Shown here: positions 37,426-49,496 of the stretch, piece after piece
How positions within the stretch are numbered: position 1 is the first letter of the stretch
Layout of the letters: the number at the start of each line of letters is the position of its first letter
NCBI GenBank assembly: GCA_035084275.1
Contig: CM068770.1
Location: 2,604,001 to 2,668,000 of the forward strand
Reading direction: 5' to 3'
DNA: 64,000 nt
Origin: Hydrolagus colliei
Taxonomy: Eukaryota
Made by a program: the position numbers and the translations under genes
Notes under the pieces: generated by a model
Databases searched by the model: none
What the model saw: the letters and a program-made list of their open reading frames with translations, nothing else
What the model was told of the DNA's origin: nothing

Positions 37426-38184
37426 GTACGGAAACCTTTGGTTTAAAAAAAAAGAATTTATTCGCTCGTTTCAATCCACGGCTTCTTTGTGGGACACGAC
37501 TGCTGTGTGCAATCAATCAATCAATCAATCAATCAAAATTACATTTAAATAGCACCTTTCATGTCGGGAGGACGTCCCAAGGCGCTGAACAGTTAGGTAG
37601 GGACCAGAGGAGGGGTGGGGGTAGGGGGAAGGAGAGTAGGAAAATTGACTGTATATTTGTGGGCGAAATCGGCTGCCTCATGCATTTTGCCCGCAGAATA
37701 TACAGTCAATTCACAGTAGACGCTTTCACAGTAGACACTCCCGTCCGTGGAGGGCTTTGAGATGGTTCTCCCAGTGTGATAAGGCGATACATCACAAGTG
37801 CAAAGTTTAAAATGATTATCCACGCGGACAGCGTTGCTCAGCCGCGTCCCTTTGGGAAGTAGAGCCAAGGGCTAGAGACAGGGCTGTGGCTGGAAGCGAA
37901 TGTATTGGCAAATGACCTAGTGAAGTCAGTCTGGTCAGGAAGAATGGCTTATTTTTTCCACATCCAACCCTGTCACCTGCCACATCCCATGTGCAAGCAA
38001 TTATTGGACAATTATTTCCTGGACGGGGAACTGAAAACTGTTTAGTTTGTACACTCTTATGCACTCGTCCAATACTCTGTGTTCCCCAGTGGAAGCGAAG
38101 GAACAAATTGAAATCCCCAGTCTGGCAAAAATTGTTCCTCAAAAGTTCAGAGGATTGAAATTCACTTTGGCATTTCTATTATAA

Positions 38185-38528
38185 TACTTATCCTTGATTT
38201 ATCGTGCCTTCGAGGCGTCTCAAAGCCCTTTACAGTATACACTGTCAAGTGAATTGATTGTATATTTTGTGGGCCAAACGCGGCAGCCAATTGCGCACAG
38301 CGGTGTCCCCACAAACAGTCACTGATTGAAGTGACCAATTTTTTTAAAAAAAATTCTAACCTCCGGAACTGTAATCCTCCAATCGACTAACAACTGGGTT
38401 CCTACCCACTGCTCGATAAACAGAGGCGTGTGGAGTAAGGAAACTTGCGCAGACTTTCACCCACCTTGGGAATCGAACCCAGGTCTCTGGCTTGCGAAGC
38501 GAGTACTCTAACCACTGAGCTACAGGGT
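38185..38528 (-). mobile_element. Full-length SINE
   Basis: Head (aaccactgagctaca), core and tail in reverse orientation. Confidence 0.8.
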
Positions 38529-40144
38529 TCTACATTGAAGATGTCATTAATTAAAGAGCGGATAGTCAAGTCCCGGCTGCAATCTCGACTGATTCAGAAT
38601 TGAGAGATCTATTTCTTTGGAAAAATATCTCCCCTAACCATCTGCAGTTGGTAGCTGGTGATTTCCTGTGAGATCTTGCTCGGAGTTTACGAACCACAAA
38701 GAGCATCGATTTGCCTCAGGAAATAAAACGAGGTTAGACGTAAAGGATGGTTGGAATTATAAGGCGAAATAGAGGATCACAGCAGAACAGTTCTCAGAGT
38801 AGATATGAAGTGCATCATCGAACGTGGTAGGGAGGGATTGACCAAACAATTACATTTTGTCGAAGCAGGAACATAAACCTTGATTAATAGAGAGTGGTTT
38901 TTTTTGTAAATTGATGATTTTCATGGGTGACTGTATATTGTGCTTCTTGGAGTTATGGAACCCCTAAGAACCGTTGACTGTCCAGCGCCTTGGGACATCC
39001 TCCCGACGTGAAAGGCTCTATCCAAACGTAATTGTGTTGTGGTTGTTGTTGTTTTTTGGGTGGCTGCAGTGGACAATCAGGTGATGGTGGTAAGGCCATC
39101 ACACAACAAGAACAACAAACAGAATTACATTTATAAAGCGCCTTTCACGTCAGTAGAACGTCCCAAGGCGCTGGACAAGTCGAGGGTTTTTATGGGTCCA
39201 ATATGAAACGTCCACTTGACAGCAGAACCAATAGGAAAATCTTGTTGTATCAGAGCCCAATGTTTCACTGATCGTGTTATCAGCCAGAAATTGGCCATTT
39301 TTGTCTTCGCCCTGAAAGCCAGTTTATCAACGGTGGGAGAAGAATGTTACCGTGGTTCCAGTGAGTTGAGTGTGCGATCTAAACGAGCCAACACTATATC
39401 AAAGGGAAGTATAATGGGATTCCTCTACAATTACCGTAGCAACCCAGGTTTCCGTCCGCTACAATACAGCTTGCACCCATCATCTGGTAACAGTTAAGGG
39501 ACCAGGTGTTGGCAAAATGTTCTCATCACCAGCTCCTCTTTCTAGTTTTATGAGGCTTCTTGTTTGCGTGGCGTGGATGGTTAAAAGGCGACGCTTTCTA
39601 AACCAAAGCCCGCAAAGCGAAGGGGCGGGGGAGTTCAGCACTCCTTGTCTTACTCGGGAAAGGAGTTGTTGTGCTCGCCCTTCTCAAAGTTACGCACTTA
39701 ATAAGCTTTGCTTCGCAAAGGTTTGGCGGCCTTCCACTCTCATTGGACACCTTAAACTGTTTACCAGATTTCTGTCCTTTATCTTTTTGCAGAAGGCTTC
39801 CACATGTTCCTCCACTCCAGCCTGTACGCTCTTTTTCCATAACCCTCTCTTAACATTTTGCTCAGCAGAAATGTTGGCAAAATCCCACTCTGCAAATCAC
39901 ACAAAGCCCCAAAGGCTCCAGCAAAACTTTAATCTGATTAATGTATCATGATACTCTACCAGGAAATCACCAGATTCAGATTATTATTATTTTTTTAAAA
40001 AAAACATTAAAACTATGAAATATGAAAGTGCGATCTATTCTGGTGGAAGCATAATTTGTCTCTCCCAAAGACAATTGATACTAATCTTGGATCCGACTGG
40101 GAATTAGGGTTTCTGTCGACGGTTTAGCGGAAAAAGTGGACAAC

Positions 40145-40450
40145 AATAATAATAATCCTTGCATTTGCGAAAGCCCCTTTTCACGTCTTGTAGACATCTC
40201 AAAGTGCTTCACAGAATATACTGCAAAGTGAATTGACTGTACATTTGTGGACAGAACTTGGCAGCCAATTGCGCACAGCAGTGTCCCACAAACAGTCATG
40301 GATTGAAGCAACCAATTTTGTTATCGTTTGGTTTTCTTGAGGGATTTTTAGCAGGCGTGTGGAGTAAGGAAACCTACCCAAGGCTTTTGTCTTCCCTGGA
40401 ATGAAACCAAGGTTTCTCACGAGCAAGGCCAGTGTTCTAATCACTGAGCT
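40145..40450 (-). mobile_element. Near full-length SINE
   Basis: Reverse complement of the family consensus. Confidence 0.8.
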
Positions 40451-40580
40451 GGGACACTGCTGTGCGCAATTGGCTGCCGCGTTTCGCCCACAAACATACA
40501 GTCAATTCACTTTACAGTATATTCTGTGAAGCGCTTTGAGACATCGATAAGATGTGAAATGCAAGGATTATCGTTATTAC
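40451..40580 (+). mobile_element. SINE 3' half abutting the previous copy in inverted orientation
   Basis: gggacactgctgtgcgcaattggctgcc...aaatgcaaggatt. Confidence 0.8.
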
Positions 40581-40909
40581 AGGTCAATCTGAATTCATTA
40601 AATCGCAGTCTATTTATTCACATAGCTTATTACTCAGTCACATTTTTTTTAACATTGTTTCACTTCACTAAAAACTGGCGGAGTTCTTTTCTAAGGGACG
40701 TGTGAAGAAAGTGAGCGATGTTTGCAGGATTGGCGATATTCATTGCCATCGGTCATAAATCACCAATAGCCGTGGAATGTGCGTTTGCACTGGGACTTGA
40801 GTGATCTATTTCGCTATTATTGTTGGCTCATGGAACCTATACAATGGGGAAATTTAAAAAGAAATGATGTGTTTTCTCGGAATGCCTTATTCCATCCTTA
40901 TCTGCTCTC

Positions 40910-41060
40910 AGTCTGGCTCTCAGTTGGTAGCCCTCCCTCCTCTGATTAACGGTGCTGCGGGTTTCCAACTGCACGTGGGGCTTTGACCTCGCATTCTAGG
41001 CTGACACTCCCATCAAAAGTACCGGAGGAGTCCGACATCGTTGAAGGTGCCGTCCCTCGA
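40910..41060 (+). mobile_element. Older SINE head of a second family (SacSINE1/LmeSINE-like)
   Basis: ggtagc...cctctga...tctaggctgacactccca...gtac...gaaggtgccgtc. Related fragments at about 12820-12870, 25720-25765 and 54625-54712. Family name from memory. Confidence 0.45.
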
Positions 41061-41705
41061 CAAACTGTAAAGTGAATTGACTGTGTTTTCCGGGTGAAAG
41101 CGGCAGTGGATTTTGCGCACGGTAATGTTCCACAAACGGCCATGAAGTGAATGGGTAATTTTATCTGGTGGGGAGATTGGTGGCCAGGGCAATGGGGAAA
41201 AAGAAAACGTAAATTGGATTCGATACCGAAACGTCGAACAGTAAACGAACAAGTTCGTTTTCAACCCGAGCTGCAAATTGCCACTAATTGTTGTTTGAAA
41301 TGCGGTTTGTTTCGATGGTCGGGTACGTGGAGCTGCAATGAAGGAGAAACAAGATCCATTGATACAAAGCATTCAATCTTTCAACAGTTATATCGAGTGA
41401 TGGTATCGTAGAACGTCTGGCTGTGCTCAGTTTGATGGTGTGATATTGCGAGAGGAGAAAGGTTTCACTCTGCCTCATTTTGAATCTTGAACAAGATTAC
41501 TTCGAGATGCCATCCGGCTACATAAATAATAATCTTGAATTGACTGTATATTTTGCGGGCGAAACGTGGCAGCCAATTGTGCACAGCAAAACGTCCCACA
41601 AAACACCCGCGGGTTGAGCGATTTGAGCGACCTGCTTTCCGAAGGAAGTCGAGTTATTGTTGTTGACGATTAACGCTCCCATTTATTGCCGCCTTTTATT
41701 TGCAG

Positions 41706-41873
41706 GACACGAGCTGAGCATGCCGCACGATGACTCAAAGACTTGCGACAAGTTGTTTGGTCACATTGAGAAGAAGCACGTGATGACTCCCATGTTCACG
41801 GGTCTCAACAGGACTTTGCCCTGGTCTCCCTGCAGCGCATTCTACATCACAGAATTCTTCGACAATGGACACG
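41706..41873 (+). CDS. ADAMTS8: ADAMTS8 exon 3 (zinc motif, Met-turn)
   Basis: ttgcag|GA CAC ... HELSMPHDDSKTC...HVMTPMF...WSPCSAFYITEFFDNGH; 168 nt; donor G|GTGAGC. The LSMPHD signature is ADAMTS8-like. Confidence 0.95.
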
Positions 41874-43195
41874 GTGAGCCGGTCACTACGCTAGCACGCC
41901 GAACTCAACCTTTCTCTTGAGTTTTCGACCTTTTCTTTTCTCCAGGGTTTTTCAAACTTTTCCCGGGATTTTAGAGGATATTTTAACGCGGACCACGACT
42001 GTTTTGGGTGCGGTCTTTGGATCTTTAGTAATCTATTTATTATTGGGCATTACAAGCCTTACTTGAGTTTATGAAACTGATTTGAAATTGGAGTGTCACT
42101 CGGATTGATTCTGCAACTGACCCCCGAACTCTAGCTCGCCCCCAAAACAACTACAAGTTTGATTCAGTTAGTAAAAGCTCTGGGACGCCACCCTACATGA
42201 GGGGTGCTATATAAATACAAATTGTTGTTGCTTGACTACATTGGCAAATTCACTTTGACCAGTCGATCAAGTTCGGGAGATTTACACATCAGAACAAGAT
42301 AGTGTTGAACAAAGTTGTAAGGATAATATACAACATGCATGATGCGATAATAATCGCATCGATGATAATATCACGCCACACCTCGTCTATTTCCTCCTTA
42401 CATTCCTAAGGTTGGGATTTAGATCTTTTTGCCAGGATGCGTCTGTGTGCGTATGAAGAAGGGAAGGACATTTCATTCGGGGGGGGTGGGGGGCTGCTAA
42501 AATCTGCAAAACAAAAGTTTCTGAGGCAAATTTGAAAGAAAATCCCAAACAGAGTAAGGAAACAATCTGAAAACAAACGGAGGAGTGAAGCTTCGAGCCG
42601 TCTTAAAAACCAGAAACACCTGTAAAAACGACTTTCAGCACAAGTGATGGTGAACCGTGCGATATGTGAATGCAAATGCTCAGCAGGCAATAGTTCCCAA
42701 CTTCCATTTGAACAAGGTTTGTTATTCTTGCACCCAATAAAGTTAGCACAGAATACACGAACACACTTTTCACTTGTTCGCCACAGTGTTCTCTCTTTTT
42801 TTATCTGTTACTTTGTCCGATTTCACGGCAGCTTACTTCACCATCGGAGGTCAGCCAATTACAATAGTACCGATCCTTGCATTTGACATTTAGCTTTCAT
42901 GTCTTCAAGGCGTCTCAAAGCGCTTCACGGAGTACACCTTAAAGTGAATTGACTGTATACACGTGGGCGAAACATGGCTGCCAATTGCGCACAGCAGTGT
43001 CCCCCCTAAAACAGTCGTGGATTGAAATGACCAATTTCTTATTGGGTTTTTCTGTGTGAGGGATTATTATCAGTCGTGTGGACAGTTGTTGGTGAGGAAC
43101 AATTTTCCGCCGGTGAGGGTTTGGCTCCACTTAGCCAGGGAGAGCTCAAGCTGAGAGCTTGAAGTGTATGTAACTGGATCTGATGTTGTCCACAG

Positions 43196-43488
43196 GTGAC
43201 TGCCTGCTCGATGCTCCCGTTAAAACCATCCCTTTACCCACTGTGCTGCCTGGACAGACCTACAGCTTGGACGAGCAGTGCCGGCAGACGTTTGGCCAGG
43301 AGTTTCATCACTGCCCGAACACGTCGGATTCCGACATCTGCTCTCACCTGTGGTGCAGGATCGACGACCAGCCAATGTGCCACACCAAGAACGGCAGCCT
43401 CCCGTGGGCGGACGGGACACCCTGCGGCCACGAAGCCATCTGTCTAGACAGCGCCTGTCTTAGCATGGCCGAGGTAACTAACATGAAG
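43196..43488 (+). CDS. ADAMTS8: ADAMTS8 exon 4 (disintegrin-like domain)
   Basis: cacag|GT ... DCLLDAP...YSLDEQCRQTFG...CHTKNGSLPWADGTPCG...; 293 nt; donor AAG|GTAAGG. Confidence 0.94.
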
Positions 43489-44508
43489 GTAAGGGGTGTG
43501 AACCATTAATAACATTAACTGCTATTCAATGTTGCCATTGATGCCGTTGGGAGAATATACCGCGACGTCTGGACACTATGTCGTTTCTTGCAGGCGATTG
43601 GTAACTGCTGAAGTATAACGGTTCTTTATCTGACATTAGGATCGGTTACTGCTTGTCTGTATTGCTCTATACATCGGGGACTATTGCACATTGATTAAAA
43701 TCTTATTCTACGCACGCCTGAAACCATGTGGTTTTAGCAATCAGCGTGTGTCAGTTGCTGCCGTTGTATTTGTTGACTATGTAGATCATGAGGCATCTGG
43801 AAAGAACCGATCTCAAATCTGCATTTGTTCATATGATAATAATGCTTGCGTTTGATATCGTACCTCATAACGCCTTCGTAACGTCACACAGGAGTTTGCT
43901 GTCAACTGTAGTAACTGTGAATATTTGGCCTTGTTACTCAAAGGAATCCCTTTTCCCATTAATAAATCCTGTTATGAAATACCCATCCTTCCTATCCTCC
44001 TGTTCACTAACTGCGGAAACTGTTTTGATAAGGAGCAGGCTTTCTGAAGCTTTATGTTCTGCGCATTCTTACATGTAGCTACATATTTAACTCTTAACAC
44101 TAACGTCAACACTGTTTGTGGGGACATTACTGTGCCCAAATTAGCTACCACATTCCTTCACAACTATAGTCTATTCCAGTTCACGGTAAATCATGTGAAG
44201 CCCATTGAGACTTTTCAATGACTGTATTTGATATTAAACCTTGCGTTTGATACAGTGCTCTTCATGTCTTCGAGATGCCTCAAAGTGCTCCACAGAATAC
44301 ACTGTAGAGTGAATTGACTGCGTAGTTTACATATTTTATGATGGACTGTCTCAAATTCAAGGATTATCATTCCAACTCTTGTGACGAGAGACGCACAGTT
44401 ATTTCAGTTGAGTGGCGCTCTACAGGAGTGACGACCGATCCCAGTAAACTTGCTCAGACATCCGGGCGACTTACGTGACTGATGTGGGATTCGCGTCTCT
44501 CTTTGCAG

Positions 44509-44695
44509 ACTGTTGTCGAAGGAAACTGGGGGTCGTGGAGTCCCTGGGGAGAATGTTCGAGGACATGCGGGGGTGGCGTGCAATTCTCATTTCGAGAGTG
44601 CAACAAGCCGGTACCTCAGAACGGCGGGAAATACTGTGAAGGCCAAAGAACCCAGTACCAGTCCTGCAGTATTCATGGATGTCCCAATACCACTG
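44509..44695 (+). CDS. ADAMTS8: ADAMTS8 exon 5 (central TSP1 repeat)
   Basis: ttgcag|ACT ... WGSWSPWGECSRTCGGGVQFSFRECNKPVPQNGGKYCEGQR; 187 nt; donor G|GTAAAT. Confidence 0.95.
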
Positions 44696-44719
44696 GTAAA
44701 TGAATGTCAGACGTGTGTC

Positions 44720-44950
44720 AGAAGGACGTCCCAAGGCGCTGGACGATCAGGGATTTGGACCTGATGGGAGAGGGGTTTGGAATAAGGGAGAGTGGACGGC
44801 AAGGAGGGTTGGAAGGGTGTCCAAAGGCACATCGTAAAGTAGGACCTTGAGACGCGCCCTGAGGGAGGGAGCGAGGGAGGCAAAGGGAATGTGGGATGGA
44901 GTTCCAAAGGGTGGGGGCAGAGAGGCTAAAAGCCTGACCGTATGGCACAG
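44720..44950 (-). mobile_element. L2 LINE 3' fragment
   Basis: YGQAFSLSAPTLWNSIP motif and 3' UTR ccagcgccttgggacgtcct. Confidence 0.65.
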
Positions 44951-45268
44951 TTGACAAGTTTGATAGAACTTGCATGTATTATTCACAATTATTATTCACA
45001 GAGATTATTCACAAAGATACTCAGAGAAACTATTACCTGCTTCCTGATGAAAGAATAATTTGAAATACGGTTGATTTGGAGTCCCGGGTAGCGTAATCCA
45101 ACACATTAGATTAAATGGCTTTTTTTTTTCCATTGGAAGTAAACGACGCAGTAAATACCTCTTGTAATATCCGTGATAATCACGCTTGAGATATTGCAGT
45201 ATGTGGATAGGGTTGGATCCTGCTGCTGTTAGCATCTCTCGGTTTACTCAGTGTGTTTTACCGTGTAG

Positions 45269-45441
45269 GGAAGAGCATCAGAGAGGAGCAGTGCGAAAAA
45301 TACAACAGTTGGAATTACAGAGATCTGGCCGGCAATCTGGTGAAATGGATACCCAAATACTCTGGCGTGTCACCGAGGGACCGCTGTAGACTGTTCTGCC
45401 GTGTCAAAGGGAGAAGCGAGTTCAAAGTCTTCGAACCCAAA
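45269..45441 (+). CDS. ADAMTS8: ADAMTS8 exon 6 (cysteine-rich domain)
   Basis: tgtag|GG ... KSIREEQCEKYN...WIPKYSGVSPRDRCRLFCRVKGRSEFKVFEPK; 173 nt; donor AAA|GTGAGT. Confidence 0.95.
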
Positions 45442-47374
45442 GTGAGTATGTGTTCAATTCGAAGCGATACTTCACGCGGCCGGCGTCGTATGGACCCCGA
45501 CACCGCCACAACGACGACAGCTTGGATTTATATCGCGCCCTCCACGCCGGACGGCGTCTCAGAGCGCTTACCCGAAGAGTCGACGACAACAGCTTGTGTT
45601 TGTATAGCGCCCTTCATGCCAGGTAGTTCTCCTGACGTGAAAGGCGCGATACAAGTGTAATTTTGTCGCTGTTGTTGTTGTTGCCTTGCAACGCTACCAG
45701 TTAGCAGTGGATGTGCCTGACGCTGAGCAGGGTTAAGGTGACCTTAAGCACAGGAAGATCTTCAGGCATAATCTTAACAATAAAATTTGCAAAGCTCTTT
45801 TCGCTTCAGGAGGGGCATCCCTGAAAACAGAACAGTCAGGGATTAGAACCCTGAATGGTGAAGGAGAGGCGGAGGGGGGGGGGGGGGGGGGGGGGGGAGG
45901 CGAGTGAGGGGGGTTGCGTGGAGGGATTGGAGGCCGGATTGAGTCCCGAATGTAAAGCAGAAAGTTGGTTGGTTGGCTATTTGCTCACTGATAAATGGCT
46001 GAGGTCTCGGTCATCTAGTCCCTGCTAACTCCTTTCGCTATGCGTGAGTTTTTGTCTTGCGTAGTGATTATAGAATCCCTTCTGAAAAAAAACACACACA
46101 CGCCTCTTTGACTCAGCCATCTCCTCCTACCCCGCTATCTCCCACCCTGCTCGGGCTCACACTCCCATCTCTGCAGAGTGCTCTGAGACCTGTTCCCATG
46201 TGAAGGGCGCAGTATAATTGCGAGTTGTTTCAGCTGTTCTGTAAATCAATTTAGATTTTGAACAAAACTCAATAACAAGAGTTAACTATCGCGCTGAGTT
46301 AGCATTTGGCTACTGGGACCTGGATAAATCGCAGGCTTTCTCTAATTAATATCTCACCAACGCTGGCTCAGCAAGTCTTTCTGCACTTTCATGTCCCACT
46401 GGATTGAATCCACAAGATATCTGCCCTCTGTACTGCTGCCCTTTTTTTTAACACCGAAGAACACATGTGGATTGCTTTACCAGTGTCCATATCATTCAAT
46501 TAAAGGGGAATTGGATAAATACATTGAGCAGCAAAAGGTTGGGAAGAGAGCCAGGGAATTAGATCAGGGTGGCTAACTCCAGAGAGAGACATTGCTGTGT
46601 GCAAATTGGCTGTCACTTTCGTCTACAAAGCACACAGTCACTGTACACCATAGGGATGTCCTCTTGATATGACTGCAATTAGGTAAAACAATTACTGTAT
46701 TATCCTCAAGGAGGTTTGGATAGGCCTTCAATTACGAGACTAAATCTAGAAGGGTTTCTGGTTTTGAGTTTGTGATTTGAATTGTTCATTATTTGCCAAT
46801 AAATACAGCAATTGATTGACAGTCGACCCCAGACCAAAAAAAAACCCATAGTCACTACACTTTGCAGTATAATCCTGCGAAGCACTTTGGGACATCCTAC
46901 TGCAGCTTGAAAGTCGCTATATCAAATTATTTTTTAAAAATGACAAATTGCAAAGAGAACAACCATTGAACATTGAAGTCTCTTTGCTGTCTCTGTCCAT
47001 CATCTGAACCCCTTCAGATCCCTCTGCGATTGGCTGGTCAGCTCCCAAGAATGAGCCTTTGTACATCTTGAGAAACTGGATGACAAACCCTTGGATGTCC
47101 TCCAATCGCTCAGCTATAATATTTTTTTTCCCCCCAAAAAAAACATTTTGCGTTTAATAATTGTAAGTTGCTGCCTGCTAACAATGAATTGTTTTTTGAA
47201 ATGAAACGTACGGTTCGTGCCTTTCGAAATGTGTGCGCGGTGGAACCTCAATGTGGAAGCTTTTAACAGTGGCCTGGTATTTGCAATTATGAGACTTCCA
47301 GGTCATATCTAGAACAAGTGTAACTTAATTGCGGGAAATCGATTGCTTGGATTGAAATTGTTAGGATTGGAATT

Positions 47375-47675
47375 ATAATAATGTAATAATCCGTGCACTT
47401 GATATAGTTTCACGTCTTCTAGACGTCTCAAAAGCGCTTCACAGAATAAACTGTAAAGTGAATTGACTGAATGTTTGGGGGCGAAACGCGGCAGCCAATT
47501 GCGCACAGCAGCGTCCCACAAACAGCCGTGGATTAAAATGAGAATTTTTTTTTTTTGAGGGATCATTATTGGGCGTGTGGAGTAAGGAAACTTGCCTAAG
47601 GTTTCACCCTTCACTTGCCCGGATTTGAACACAGGTCTCATGCTTGTAAGGCGAGCGCTGTAACCACTGAGCTTC
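47375..47675 (-). mobile_element. Full-length SINE
   Basis: Reverse complement of the family consensus. Confidence 0.82.
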
Positions 47676-47815
47676 AGGACAAATTAAGCCAAGGAATAGT
47701 TGGAATCCAAACCCCAGTTCCTTTGCCTGAATAGTTTGAACCCTGCGAAATTAGCGGTTGGTTTTTTTCCGAGTATGATATGGAAATGTGTTTCAACGAA
47801 ATCCTCATGTCACAG

Positions 47816-47991
47816 GTGACTGATGGCACGCCGTGTGGCCCCGAAACCACGTCCATCTGCGTCCAAGGTCAGTGTGTGAAGGCCGGCTGCGATCACATCA
47901 TTGGGTCAGTCAAGAAACTGGACAAGTGCGCAGTTTGTGGAGGGGACAGTTCAACGTGCAGGAAAATAACAGGCTCCCTGAACAAGTCGAA
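47816..47991 (+). CDS. ADAMTS8: ADAMTS8 exon 7 (cysteine-rich domain)
   Basis: cacag|GTG ... [44 protein letters not shown]; 176 nt; donor AA|GTAAGT. Confidence 0.95.
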
Positions 47992-48141
47992 GTAAGTCTG
48001 GTCGATTCTATTGATTCCTTCCTCCAGCCTTGCCAGACAACGTCCCACCAGATTCCTTCAATACCTCTAAATCTAATAACCCTCACTCATTTCATAATAA
48101 TAACAATACTAATCCTGGCATTTGATTATCCCATCATTAAG

Positions 48142-48409
48142 ACGAAGTAGAGGGGAGCTGAGGAGAATTTTTTTCACTCAGCGAGTTGTTCGAATCTGGA
48201 ATGCATTGCCTGAAAAGGTGGTGGAGGCTGATTCGATAACAACTTTTAAAAGGGAATTAGATCTTTATTTAGGGAGAACAGGTCTATTAGGCTATGGGGA
48301 GCGGGCAGGGCAGTGGGATTGAATCGCTCTTTTCAAAGAGCCGGCACAGACTAGATGAGCCGAATGGCCTCCTTTTGTGCCGTAAAATTCTATGAATCTA
48401 TGAATCTAT
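48142..48409 (+). mobile_element. CR1 LINE 3' fragment with 6-bp target-site duplication
   Basis: Near-identical to the 3' end of the 25908-26692 copy. ATTAAG at 48136-48141 and 48408-48413; (GAATCTAT)n tail. Confidence 0.92.
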
Positions 48410-48751
48410 TAAGGTGTTTCAAAGCACTTCACAGAATATATTGAAAAGTCAACAGACTGCATATTTTGTGGACGAAACTTGTTTGTTGATATATTTCTTT
48501 AAACCTTTGAGTCCCCCCATCCAAATGTAGATGAGGGTGGTGGTGTCAGGAGGCCAATAGATTGTAAAGTGTAGTGAATGTGAGTTTGTGGGTGAACAAT
48601 ACTTTTGAATTGGGAGACCCGAGTTTAAATCCCATTCTCGTTTGATTGATTAAAGAATAGTATTTGTTCACAGCGAGTGACTAAAGCCCTCACTGTCCCT
48701 GTTTAGTTTATTCCAGGGGGTTATTAAGAATGACTTCTGTTTTTCCCCCAG

Positions 48752-49496
48752 GTATGGCTACAATGATATTGTTACTATCCCTGCTGGCGCCACTAACATA
48801 GATGTCAAACAGCGGAGCCACAGAGGGATTAAGCACGATGGGAACTACCTGGCTGTGAAGTCAATGGATAATAAGTACATTCTGAACGGAGACTATACGG
48901 TGATCACAATGGAACAAGATATCCCAGTCGCTGGGGCGATTCTGAAGTACAGTGGCTCCTCTACCACCCTGGAACGTATCCAGAGCTTCCAGCAACTGCA
49001 AGAGCCCTTGACCATCCAACTGTTGTCGATAACTTCGGATGCGTTGCTCGCCCCCAGGGTAAAGTACAGCTTCTTCATCCCCAAAGGGGTACCGTTCAGC
49101 AAGGGGAGAGCGGCCAAGGTGACCAGGAACTCGCCCAACGCCATCAAGCAGTCCATGGTGTCGCAGTGGAGTCTCGGGGAGTGGTCCGAGTGCTCTCGCA
49201 GCTGCGGGTCCGGCTGGCAGCAGAGGAACGTCGAGTGCCAGGACAAGCAGGGCAAGGCGTCCTCGGAATGCGACGCTGCACTGCAGCCGGACGACATCAG
49301 GCCCTGCGCCGGCCCGGCTTGCCCGCTGTGGCAGCTGGGCTCCTGGTCGCCCTGCTCGAGAACGTGCGGCCTGGGGCAAAGGGAGCGCGGGGTGTTGTGC
49401 GTGGAATCCACTGGCAAGGCTGTGGAAGACGACAAGTGCAACTCTACCAAAGAACAGAAGCCCACGGTCGAGGCGTGCGACTTGCAGCCGTGCTAA
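48752..49496 (+). CDS. ADAMTS8: ADAMTS8 exon 8 (spacer domain, two C-terminal TSP1 repeats, stop)
   Basis: ccccag|G TAT ... YGYNDIVTIPAGATNIDVKQRSH...LKYSGSSTTLERIQSF...WSECSRSCGSG...WSPCSRTCGLG...CDLQPC*; TAA at 49494-49496. Confidence 0.95.

Noticed and set aside
43471-43479. Alternative in-frame donor GAG|GTAACT in ADAMTS8 exon 4
   Set aside because: The downstream AAG|GTAAGG is the stronger site; no evidence of use without transcripts.
31663-49496. ADAMTS8 as a pseudogene
   Set aside because: Lesions are limited to run-associated indels in one hard-to-sequence exon; seven exons and all splice phases are intact.
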